From: Blepharisma stoltei ATCC 30299 | Lineage: Eukaryota > Protista > Ciliophora | Reading direction: 5' to 3' | Length of the DNA: 64,000 bases | Assembly (NCBI GenBank): GCA_965603825.1 | Contig: CBFDEM010000063.1 | Span: 248,001 to 312,000, forward strand | Part shown: positions 1-9,600 of the stretch, in pieces | How the letters are laid out: each line of letters begins with the position of its first letter | How positions within the stretch are numbered: position 1 is the first letter of the stretch | Program-made: the position numbers and the translations under genes | Notes under the pieces: model-generated | What the model was told of the DNA's origin: nothing | The model's input: the letters and a program-made list of their open reading frames with translations, nothing else | Databases searched by the model: none

Positions 1-867
1 GCATTTTGTGCAGGAGGAGATATAGTGAGCATTGCTAAAGGTGACACAAGTCCTGAAGAGTTTTTTGGGTCAGAGTTTACCTATTTCCACTATTTATCCA
101 GGCTTCATACAGAAAGAATTGCAATTATGGACGGTATTGTTATGGGCGGAGGTGTAGGGCTATCAATGGCTTGTTCTAAAAGGATAGCAACACCAAAGAC
201 TTTATGGGCCATGCCTGAAACTGCAATTGGTTTTACGCCAGATGTTGGATCTACTTATTTTCTAAATAGAATAAATCCACCTGAGCTAGGGCTTTATTTA
301 GCCTTAACAGGTGACAGATTATCTGGTGTTGACTGTTTTTTATTTGGAATTGCAGATTATTATATAGAAAATAGTATAGAAACTGTAAAAAATCAATTAA
401 TTCAAGAAGATTTTGCCACTGTTTTAGCAAGACATCATACAGATCCAAATCCAAGCAATTCAAAAATTATGCAAAATATCCAAAACATTAGATATTGTTT
501 TGAAACTCATGGAAATCTAGAAGGCATTTTAGGAAAACTCAATAATTTGAATAATCAATGGTCTACACAAGTTCTTGAAAAATTGCAAGAAATGTGCCCG
601 CTGTCGCTAAGGATTGCATATGAGTCTTTTAACAGAGGAAGACACATGAATTATGCGGAATGCTTGATAATGGAGTATAATCTTGTAATACAGTTAACAA
701 AGCACAGAAATTATAATTTCAAAGAAGCAGTCACTCATAAATTCATAAATAAAGCCAAAGGCAAGCCTAATTGGAACCCAAGCAGCATTTCTGAAGTTGG
801 GGACTCATTAACACTAAGTTACTTCCTTAACACAGAAGGCCCAAGATTATCCTTACCGCGGCTTTAA
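1..867 (+). CDS. HIBCH: 3-hydroxyisobutyryl-CoA hydrolase (crotonase family), 5'-partial
   Basis: Frame is open from base 1 (AFCAGGDI), followed by MDGIVMGGGVGLS, AMPETAIGFTPDVG, YLALTGDRLSG, CPLSLRI and PNWNP, all typical of the HIBCH/ECH_2 family. Ends TAA at 865-867. Confidence 0.9.
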   Translation, partial: AFCAGGDIVSIAKGDTSPEEFFGSEFTYFHYLSRLHTERIAIMDGIVMGGGVGLSMACSKRIATPKTLWAMPETAIGFTPDVGSTYFLNRINPPELGLYLALTGDRLSGVDCFLFGIADYYIENSIETVKNQLIQEDFATVLARHHTDPNPSNSKIMQNIQNIRYCFETHGNLEGILGKLNNLNNQWSTQVLEKLQEMCPLSLRIAYESFNRGRHMNYAECLIMEYNLVIQLTKHRNYNFKEAVTHKFINKAKGKPNWNPSSISEVGDSLTLSYFLNTEGPRLSLPRL

Positions 868-914
868 TTAATCCTTATTAATTTTATTCCAAATAAATTA
901 GAGAGTTCCACGTC

Positions 915-1754
915 ATGTTCTACACACTGACTCTTTTATCTCTTTTTTCCGTCATTTCCTACTGCAAGACATGCTTAGAAATAACAGCAGATTCTGAAGA
1001 CAAGTATATTAAAGAATTATCAAAAGATGTTGAATTTGATGACAAGTAAACGATATTTAGATGCCTAAAAGATCTCATGGTCAAGCAATGGTGGCAAGCA
1101 TCAATCGAACTCTCTACTTTTGCCATACAGAAAGACCAACAGATAGACCCTTCCTTTAAAGCAGAGGCTTTAAATACTAAGAAAAAGGTAGAAAAATTGA
1201 TTTCATTAATAGAAAATCAAGGGAAAATCAATACGGTTTCTCCAGCTTTCCAATGGGCCCAATCCCCAGACACTGTTTTTATTGAAGTGAAATTTTCCCA
1301 CAGATGGGATTATCCAGGCTGTCTTGAAGTCAGCGACCCAGAAGTCTCAATCAAAGAAGACAGAATCACCTTTACTGGAATGTGCAGCAGATCGAACCAA
1401 AGGATAAAAATTGCTTTGGATCTAGAACTTTACAATAAAATTGTCCCAGAAGCCAGCACTTATTCTATGAAATCTGGAGGCAGACTGAATTTCACCTTGA
1501 AAAAATACGAGGTCGAAGCATGGGCTAAGCCAAATAAAGGGAAAAAACTAAGCAATGCTACTGTTTGGTGGGAAATGAGAGACAAGTATAGAAAAGAAAT
1601 GAATGCACTAACTGGAGAAGAAGACGATGAAGACTACAAAAAACCAAAGAAAACTGGGCTAGAAGATTTAATGGACAATCCTAATGTAGTTATCAAGGAC
1701 TCGTATGTCGATGGAAAGAAAATTGATAACACCAAAGAAAAGCAGGATCTTTAA
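915..1754 (+). CDS. CS (p23/HSP20-like) domain protein with predicted signal peptide; exons 915-1045 and 1061-1754
   Basis: ATG at 915 gives hydrophobic MFYTLTLLSLFSVISYC. Removing the 15-nt intron 1046-1060 joins it in frame to the 1077 ORF. PAFQWAQSPDTVFIEVKF...LELY..I....S is CS-like. The C-terminus is KQDL. Confidence 0.75.
1046..1060 (+). other. 15-nt spliceosomal intron GTAAACGATATTTAG
   Basis: GTA...TAG with A at position 10. It contains an in-frame TAA, and its removal restores the ORF. Confidence 0.85.
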
Positions 1755-1782
1755 ATAATAGAAGTTACCAAATATTAAAACA

Positions 1783-2754
1783 TTAATTTAAAAGCGCAGG
1801 GTTAGGAGAGTTTTGGTACTCTCTGTCTATATCTGCTAGTTCTTTTCTAGATAATGAGATGCTAAATGCAGCTCTAAGTAGGGAATCTGCATCTAAATTG
1901 GTTTCTATTCTTCGTATAGCCATCAGCAGATTTTCAAAATCTAGATCTCGCAGCTCATTTTTGTACAGTTTAAAGAATCCTAAAAAGACCCGGAAAATAA
2001 TTTTTGGACCTTCTAGTAAAAAGCAGTCCCATATTCTCAGAACTGTGTCTATTTTAAATGAAAATATAAACAAAGTCATAAATCATTGTGTAGCATAAAT
2101 TTGGGGGTAGAATTCTACATCAGAAAACTTTTTCCATAAAGAAGGTTCATGCAGTTTTAGCAAATAATTTGCTTTATATAAACTTTGATAGACTTTTGTC
2201 ATCCCTTGCATATAATAGCCCCTCATTTGGTAATTGTACATAAAGCTCACTAGCATCCAAAAAGAACTTTCTTCATCCATATGCATCAGAAAAACTCCAA
2301 CGATATATGCCATTCCTTGACAATATCCAATTTCTGGATCTAAAAACGCATAAGCTCTCAAAACGTTGGTCAGAGAATGCTGACCGTCTTGGCCCATAAA
2401 TAGCACATGCTCAGGGAAGGTCCGATTTACATCTTTTGTAATATCATGCATACAAGGAGGGTCTTCTTCACGGTTACAAAGCCTAAAATATAGGTGATTG
2501 GGGTAGCTGTTTTTCACTTCAAGACCTTTGCATAGCATAAATCAAGCCCTGCTGCGGATGTTGCTAGGGATACCTTTGCGACATCTACGTTTGAGAGCTT
2601 TATATTTTGAAGTTGAGTAGTTTGAATAGTCAGGCCAGTTCGCTAGCATGTTAATCCACTTCTCAATGCGAGCATTCACCTGAAAATGTGTTAATGTGCT
2701 GTCAGTTCTTGGTTCATTTGAAATAAATCCATGCTTATCTATATGCTCAATCAT
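1783..2754 (-). CDS. TBC-domain Rab GTPase-activating protein (one gene; the three listed ORFs are joined by TGA=Trp)
   Basis: RKGIP..IRSRA[TGA=W], DITKDVNRTFPEH, GYCQGM, YATQ[TGA=W]FMTLF and VLRIWDCFLLEG. Both TGAs fall on conserved TBC tryptophans. Confidence 0.92.
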
Positions 2755-2811
2755 TTTTTCTTATTCATGCTGAGAGAAAATTTTTAAATTTTTTATGTTT
2801 AGACTAAATTA

Positions 2812-4593
2812 TTAAAAAGTCTTTTGTGCTCGTTTAATTTGCCTTGCCAAGCCTTTAACGTTCATTAGAGATCTGATATCATTGAAATCAATTTTTCCTT
2901 TAGCTGTGTTTATTTGTTGCAGCTCTTTTACCACTTCCCAGAATTTTCTTAATTCCATATCTTGCTCTCTAAGCTTATCTCTAAGCTTTTCTTTCTGCGA
3001 TTTAATCTTTGTTTCATCTTGGATTCTATTTTGTCGATCCCTTGCTGATTCTTCAATAAGCTTTCTATTATCTTCACAAGCCCCATTTAATTGTTCTTTA
3101 AGCGTTTTAATTTCAAGAATCAAGTTGTCACAAATTTCTCCCCATTCGTTTTTTTGTTTATGTCTCAGTTCTTCTTTGGCGTCAATTTCTTCCATCAGCC
3201 TTTCTCTATCTAAATACAGCTGCTTATCTTTTTCTTCCAATTCTAAATGAATTCTTTTAAGCTCTTCTTTTATATCAATTTCTGTTATTAGCTTTTCTCT
3301 TTCAAAATGCAGCTGTTTGTCTTTTTCTTGTAGCTCTCTGTGGAGGTTTTCTATATCTTCTTTATATCTCTGGCTGTTCAATTTGTTTTCTTCTTCTAAT
3401 CTTCTTACCTCTCTATGTAAATCTTGAATTTCAGCTCTTGCTAGCTCATCTCCTTTCCTCATATGATTTAATGCATCTTGTAACTGATTTTCTAATATTT
3501 TTGCCTCAGATTTAAGCCTTTCTATTTCTCTTTCCTTCATGACTTCTAGTTTTGCAAGTTTGCCTGTGTCTGTTTTTCTGGAAATTTCTAGCTCTTTTTT
3601 AGATTTATTTAGCATATCACGCATGTAATTGATTTCTGCTCTTAAGTTTGCTGACTGAGAAGAGTCAACAGACTGTTGTGATTTAATTATTGCTTGGAAA
3701 TTTTCAATATCAGCATGAAGATGTTCAATTTCTTCATTAAGTGAAATTATTTTGTTTTGAAGCTTATTAGTTTCGATATTTTTTCTTTTGGAGTTTTCAA
3801 TACTTTCATTGTAGGACTCAGTCAATTTTTTTAAGCTAGATTGAAGCTGGGCGATTTTTTCATTGTGATCATCTTCAGAAATGCTGCGTCTTTTATTTGA
3901 GGACAGCTCTTTATTATGTTCAATTATAGCTTTCAATTGGTTCTCGTATTTTATTTTGGCTTTGTTTTTTGCTGCTTCCATATCTTCTTTCATTGCTCTT
4001 TTAATGTCAGCTTTTTCTAATGCAGAAATCTTGCTCAGCTGCTCAATGAGCCTTAGGACCTCTCGGAATGAAGACGCAGTTTTTTCTATTTCTTTAGAGA
4101 GATATAATGCAATTTCTTCAATTTCGGATGCTTGGTCGTTTGTATAATCTTTGCTGTTGGAGCTCCTGATAGCTGTAAGAGGTTTTTTAATTTTTTTAAT
4201 GCTTTCTATAGCGTTTTCTAATGAAATATTCTGTTTTGTCATAAGGTCTTTGATTTTCAGAAAATCAGATTGGCCTGAAATTTCGTTTTGAAATAGCTCA
4301 TTAATTTGTATATTTTTGTTTTTTAAATGTCGCTGAGAGCTTGATGATAGCTTAGGTGGTTCCTCTTCTTCCTTGAACATACTTCTTTTTAGTCCCTGTG
4401 TTTCTATATAATTCAATGTTTTTCTTGAGCCGTTGTCTTCGTTCAAATGAAAATCAATAATTTCTTTTGCTTTTTCTTTAAAAAAATTGTATTTTGTATT
4501 TGGAATTTCTTCGTCAATGCTTTCTTTGCTAGCAGTTAATAACTTTCGCTCAAGTATGATTTCAGTGGGTGATTTTTCTCTTATTTTATCCAT
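2812..4593 (-). CDS. Coiled-coil protein of unknown function (593 aa)
   Basis: Long uninterrupted ORF with E/K/L/R-rich heptad character. No recognised motif. Confidence 0.8.
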   Translation of the reverse strand: MDKIREKSPTEIILERKLLTASKESIDEEIPNTKYNFFKEKAKEIIDFHLNEDNGSRKTLNYIETQGLKRSMFKEEEEPPKLSSSSQRHLKNKNIQINELFQNEISGQSDFLKIKDLMTKQNISLENAIESIKKIKKPLTAIRSSNSKDYTNDQASEIEEIALYLSKEIEKTASSFREVLRLIEQLSKISALEKADIKRAMKEDMEAAKNKAKIKYENQLKAIIEHNKELSSNKRRSISEDDHNEKIAQLQSSLKKLTESYNESIENSKRKNIETNKLQNKIISLNEEIEHLHADIENFQAIIKSQQSVDSSQSANLRAEINYMRDMLNKSKKELEISRKTDTGKLAKLEVMKEREIERLKSEAKILENQLQDALNHMRKGDELARAEIQDLHREVRRLEEENKLNSQRYKEDIENLHRELQEKDKQLHFEREKLITEIDIKEELKRIHLELEEKDKQLYLDRERLMEEIDAKEELRHKQKNEWGEICDNLILEIKTLKEQLNGACEDNRKLIEESARDRQNRIQDETKIKSQKEKLRDKLREQDMELRKFWEVVKELQQINTAKGKIDFNDIRSLMNVKGLARQIKRAQKTF

Positions 4594-4878
4594 TTATCAT
4601 ATAATTTGAAGGAAGTTAAAAATCTGAAATCGATAAGGATAATTATGATCTCAAATTATCATTTTAAATATTTTAATATCATTGCAATTATAATAGAAAT
4701 ATAACAAAGACTAAATTCGATCAAGCAAGCCTACTAAAATTAACAACATGATAAATCTTAATAACCCTAAAATTTGGTCTTATATGTCTCATTATATTAT
4801 TATAAATCGAAGATATTTTTTTACTAATTTCAAATATGAGACTAAATTTTGCCAAAATTAATAGCAATTTTATTTAAA

Positions 4879-6195
4879 ATGAAGCTCCTCTTTTTCTTAA
4901 TAACAGCTTTTGCCCACATCAGCATTCCTCTAACTCGTAAAATAGACTTACCTTTTTTGCAATACTTCACAAATCCCTTGCTACTTGTCACAAACATTTC
5001 AACCCCTCTCAATAATTATGAAAATGTATCTTATAAGCAGGTGCAATACAGAGGAAACGTAAGCATAGGCACACCTCCTCAGTATTTCGAGCTGACCTTT
5101 GATACTGGCTCTTCTGTATTTTCTAATTAGTGAATTTGGGTCGTTTCGAAAGAATTTTCATCTAATTGTCATCCTACAAAATCTCAATTTATTTCTAATT
5201 CGTCATCAACCTTTATACCTACGAATACTACAATTACTTTAAATGTACAGTCCAATTAGTATAACAAAGGCAAAGCAATTGGCAAAATATCTGAGGAGTC
5301 AGTTGCTGTAGGAAGCCATGCACAATTTATAGCGAAAAAACAGAAATTCGTGCTTGTAAACAAAGATTATGATTTTGGAGCATTAGAAGCAGATGGAATA
5401 TTAGGATTAGGGTTTAGTAGGCTATCTGAAGGGTTTAATACTTTTATTATGAACTTAAAAGAGCAAGGGGTAATTGAAAAGGCTGTTTTTGGGCTTTATT
5501 TGAATGATAATGAATTCGGTGATTCTACGCCGATTCCAAAATCAAATATAATATTGGGAGGCTATGATTTAAATCAATATGCTTTATCAAAAGAAATTAC
5601 CTATGTTAATGTTTTCGACGAGACTGGATACTGAGCTGTTCATTTGCATAGTGTCAAGATTGGCAATAGTCAGCTAATGCTGAAGTCAGCCATAGCAATT
5701 TTAGACACAGGAAGCAGTTTAATATATGCTCCTAATGCTGAAGTACTTCAAATTATGATTGACATAGGAAATGCAGGGAGCTGCTATCAGCTGTATGGAA
5801 TGCTTGTTTGTGGGTGTGGAGAAAAAAATCCATTGAGTAGTTATCCTGTTATAACATTAAAGTTAGGAACGCATTTATATAGTTTGCTGCCTGAATATTA
5901 TTTCTGGAAATATGAAGATAGATGCACTTTATTGATAATGAGCTTTAACAAAGGAAATTTCTGATTACTTGGTGATGTGTTTTTAAGAAGATATTACACA
6001 ATTTTTGATATGGAAAAGTCAAGAGTAGGATTTGTGCCTTCTATTAACAATTTATATAGAAAATCAGAAACCAGAAGCATATGAGATTATTGAGTTGTGA
6101 TTGTTTGTATAATAGGCTCTATTACAGTCGTTATAGTGGGTTTTATTTGCTATAAAAATTGAAAAAGAAATCATCAAAATATTCATGAGTTTTAA
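4879..6195 (+). CDS. Pepsin-family (A1) aspartic protease with signal peptide and C-terminal TM anchor; 3 introns
   Basis: Signal peptide MKLLFFLITAFA, QYRGNVSIGTPPQ, catalytic FDTGSS and ILDTGSS, DGILGLG, GY[TGA=W] and [TGA=W]LLGDVFLRRYYTIFD. Hydrophobic VVIVCIIGSITVVIVGFIC precedes TAA at 6193-6195. Confidence 0.9.
5026..5040 (+). other. 15-nt intron GTATCTTATAAGCAG (no in-frame stop)
   Basis: GTA...CAG with A at position 10. Removal restores the canonical pepsin N-terminus LNNYEN-VQYRG. Confidence 0.75.
5116..5130 (+). other. 15-nt intron GTATTTTCTAATTAG
   Basis: Removal gives DTGSS-WIWV. The terminal TAG is an in-frame stop if the intron is retained. Confidence 0.9.
5245..5259 (+). other. 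15-nt intron GTACAGTCCAATTAG
   Basis: Removal gives the flap motif TITLN-YNKGKAIG. In-frame TAG if retained. Confidence 0.88.
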
Positions 6196-6720
6196 AATGT
6201 TTAAATAATAAATTTTATGGAGTAAATTTTTAAGATGGGTTTGCAGGAAATCAATCATGCTTAAAGATAATAGCAGTGATTCTGATAGAATTTTTCACTG
6301 TTTACTTATTTAACTTTATTGCGATAATCAATGCTTATAATGTTTTAAAATTACAATAATAAAAAATATATTAAAGAAGGGTCTGTTTGAGTTTGTGGCT
6401 TTTTAATGAATTTAATGAAATTAAAGTAAATTAAAATTAAATAAAATCATATAATAAAAGATATGTTAATTTTTTTATACATATTTTATATTTATTATAA
6501 TTTAGCAATTGGTTCATTGCCAAAATTTTTTAAAATCATACAGACTCTGTTCCTGATATAGAGCATATTGAAGTAATTTATAATTTAGCTCACGTAATTA
6601 TTTAATTAAGCTCAAATTTCTGCGTTTATATTTCTTTCAAATATTTTTCAGCGTTCTCCCTCAACCCCATCTTGAAAATTTTCTATTTATATCAAATATG
6701 ATGATCTCCTACATTAATAA

Positions 6721-8010
6721 ATGATCAAAATTCTTTTTTCTCTCCAAGTATCGTTATGATGATTGGCATTTTTGGTTTTCACCTTTTTCCCTTTGGTTGA
6801 CTCATCTCTAGCAGCTTCTGATGTTGTTTTATCTTATGAGAATGGAGGAAGCAGTTCTCAGCTTATGTCTCCTGAAGCATGAACCATGAATTCAGACACT
6901 TTGGCTTATAGCCCAAGTGTTAGTTCAGAAACTTTATCCTGTAGTAGCATTACCAATACAGATTACACCAATATTACACCTGCGAAAACACGAGTCCATA
7001 AAAATGCTGATTTTTCTTTTTCATTAACGATAACTACTGGAGACTCAAATTACGTTTTGATTCTTGGATTTTGCGACGACGGGCCAGCTACAAGACGATT
7101 TGGTGTCAAATTGGCAGGAACTTCTATTTTACCAACAACATTTGACCCAGGAAATACTGTTGGGACATGCAAAGTATATGAAGTTTATGCTCTCTTTACT
7201 TTGACTAATTCAGGAACAAAAATTACACTTAACAGCTCAACAATAACGCTCACTTCAACTAATGTCATTACTATTACACTTGTAAATGGAACTGGGCAAG
7301 ATCCAATAATCAATTACACCATTTTGGTTAAAGGTGATTGCTCAAAAGCAAATTATTGCTCAATGTGTAATGATCAACTATGCACAACCTGTAATGTATC
7401 TACAAGAGTCTGCTCAACTTGTATCTCTGGAACAAGCTTAATCAACTCTAAATGTTCCTGCATTGCTCAGTATTATTATAACTTTGTAGCATCTGCATGC
7501 CAACTTTGTGATCAGCTCTGCTCAACCTGTGCTGGTGGAGGAGTCTTTGCTTGCACAACTTGCACTTCGACTTCGTATTATTTAATTAATACTGTCTGCT
7601 TAATTGGGTGTCCTTATGGATATTCAGGATCTACTTGTGGTACAAGTCCAACAAATTCTGTTATTAATGTAAATTTTAATCAAGACTTTGCGGAAATTTA
7701 TGGAATTTTTAACACTGGTACAAGTTCTTCTACTTATCAGTTCTTTGTAAGCCCGGACAGTGTTGATCCGATTCCTTCATATTTACAAGGATTTTATTTT
7801 TCGAGCACAAGTCCTGGGTATTACTTGGCTTCGAGCTCAACTCTTTGGCTTTCTCATACTTTTTCTATTGCTTTATGGGCTTATACACTTTTTGGGTGAT
7901 TAGAAACTTGAGATTTTAATGGAATCTTGGTAAACTGCCTAAAGATGCTCATATTAACTCATATTTTTTTAATTTTTGATATTATAAAATGCAAATGTTT
8001 AAATAAATAA
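6721..8010 (+). CDS. Truncated 5' paralog of the adjacent giant surface protein (signal peptide, beta-rich N-domain, furin-like Cys repeats, part of one LamG-like module)
   Basis: Single frame from ATG 6721 with TGA=Trp. Homologous to 8429-9600. Homology ends at ~7885 (WAY), after which the frame runs through AT-rich non-homologous DNA to TAA at 8008-8010. Confidence 0.65.
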
Positions 8011-9600
8011 AAAATCTTAAATTATTTTTAAACTTAATAAAATTTATAATTTTAATATGAAAATTAAAAGATTTAATTTTTGTCAACAATATGTAGGTGA
8101 ATAATAAAAATGGGAAATGATATCTAATAAAGCTATCCTAATATCAGGCATGATAAAAGAGGTCCTCAATTTTATTTTTTGCATTTCTTATTATATTTAT
8201 TGCAATTTTCAGTGATAGATTGCAATTTGTGAAATACATTTCAGACTGTGCTTTAGGCATATCCCTGTGATGTTTTGTATCAAAATAAAATTTTAGTATG
8301 ATTTTCCACGATTGATTTTATATTTAGAAGCAACTTGAACATTTCCATTTTTGAAAAATTTTCTTATACTTATAATCCATCTTAAATTCTTTCACTGCTC
8401 ATTGCACGGCATCTTTTTTAAATTAATAATGGTCAAACTCAATATTTCTTTTTCTCTACGACTATCGTTATGGTTTTTTTATTTTGTCTCCTTAGTCTTT
8501 TACCTTTAGTAGACTCATCCCTGAGTAAGTGCTTCTGATATTGTGTTGTCTGTTGAAAACGGAGGAACATCAGCAACAACGATGACTCCAGAAACATGAA
8601 CAATTGCTGCAGATAGTTCATCGAATTACAGTCCAAGTGTTACTTTTGATTCTTCATCCTGCGCTACTGTCACAAATATCAACTATACGAATACTAATGC
8701 ATTAAAAACTCGAGCAAGGAATTCATCCATCAACCTTTCACTATCAATCACTACAGGTGACTCAAGCTATGTTCTGATTCTTGGGTTTTGTGATGACGCG
8801 ACAAGAACTTTCAATGTAGTCGTAGCAGGAGTAACAATATGATCTAGCTTTAGTCCGGGGACTCTTGCTGGAACTTGCAAAGTTATTGAGATCTATACTC
8901 TATTTACACTATCGAATTCAGGAACGAAAATTACAATTAATGGCTCAGCATACACGCAAAGCACTACTAATGCAGTTGTTGTTGCACTTTCAAATGGAAA
9001 CAATGGAGTAGGGCAAGCCCCAATAATCAATTACACCATTTGGTTAAAGGAGACTGCTCGAAAGCGAATTATTGCTCAGTGTGTAATGACCAACTTTGTG
9101 CAACATGCAATGTAGCTACAAGAGTCTGCTCAACTTGTGTCTCTGGCAGGCGTCTCGCTCTGTGTTCCTGTCCTGCTAATAACTATTTTAACTCGGCTGT
9201 GCCAGCTTGCCAAATTTGTGATCAGCTCTGCTCAACCTGTGCATTGGTGGAGGAGTCTTTGCTTGCACAACTTGCACTTCAGCCTTCGTATTACTTGATC
9301 AACACTGTCTGCCTATATTGCGTGTCCTTATGGATATTCAGGATCTACTTGTGGTACAAGTCCAACAAGTTCTGTTATTAATGTAAATTTTAATCAAGAC
9401 TGCGCGGGAATTTATGGGATTTTTAACACTGGCGCAAGTTCTTCTACTTATCAGTTCTTTGTAAGCCCGGACAGCGTTGATCCGATTCCTTCATATTTAC
9501 AAGGATTTTATTTTTCGAGCACAAGTCCTGGGTATTACTTGGCTTCGAGCTCAACTCTTTGGCTTTCTCATACTTTTTCTATTTCTTTATGGGCCTATTC
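7300..9600 (+). repeat. Highly similar direct duplication: ~7300-7885 vs ~9020-9600
   Basis: Long identical runs, e.g. GATCCGATTCCTTCATATTTACAAGGATTTTATTTTTCGAGCACAAGTCCTGGGTATTACTTGGCTTCGAGCTCAACTCTTTGGC at 7765 and 9479. Confidence 0.9.

Noticed and set aside
1859-4147. Antisense and alternate-frame ORFs (e.g. 1859-2098, 2882-3250, 3881-4147, and many within 9853-19303 and 50712-53231)
   Set aside because: These are shadows of real genes on the other strand or frame, with no motifs and biased composition.
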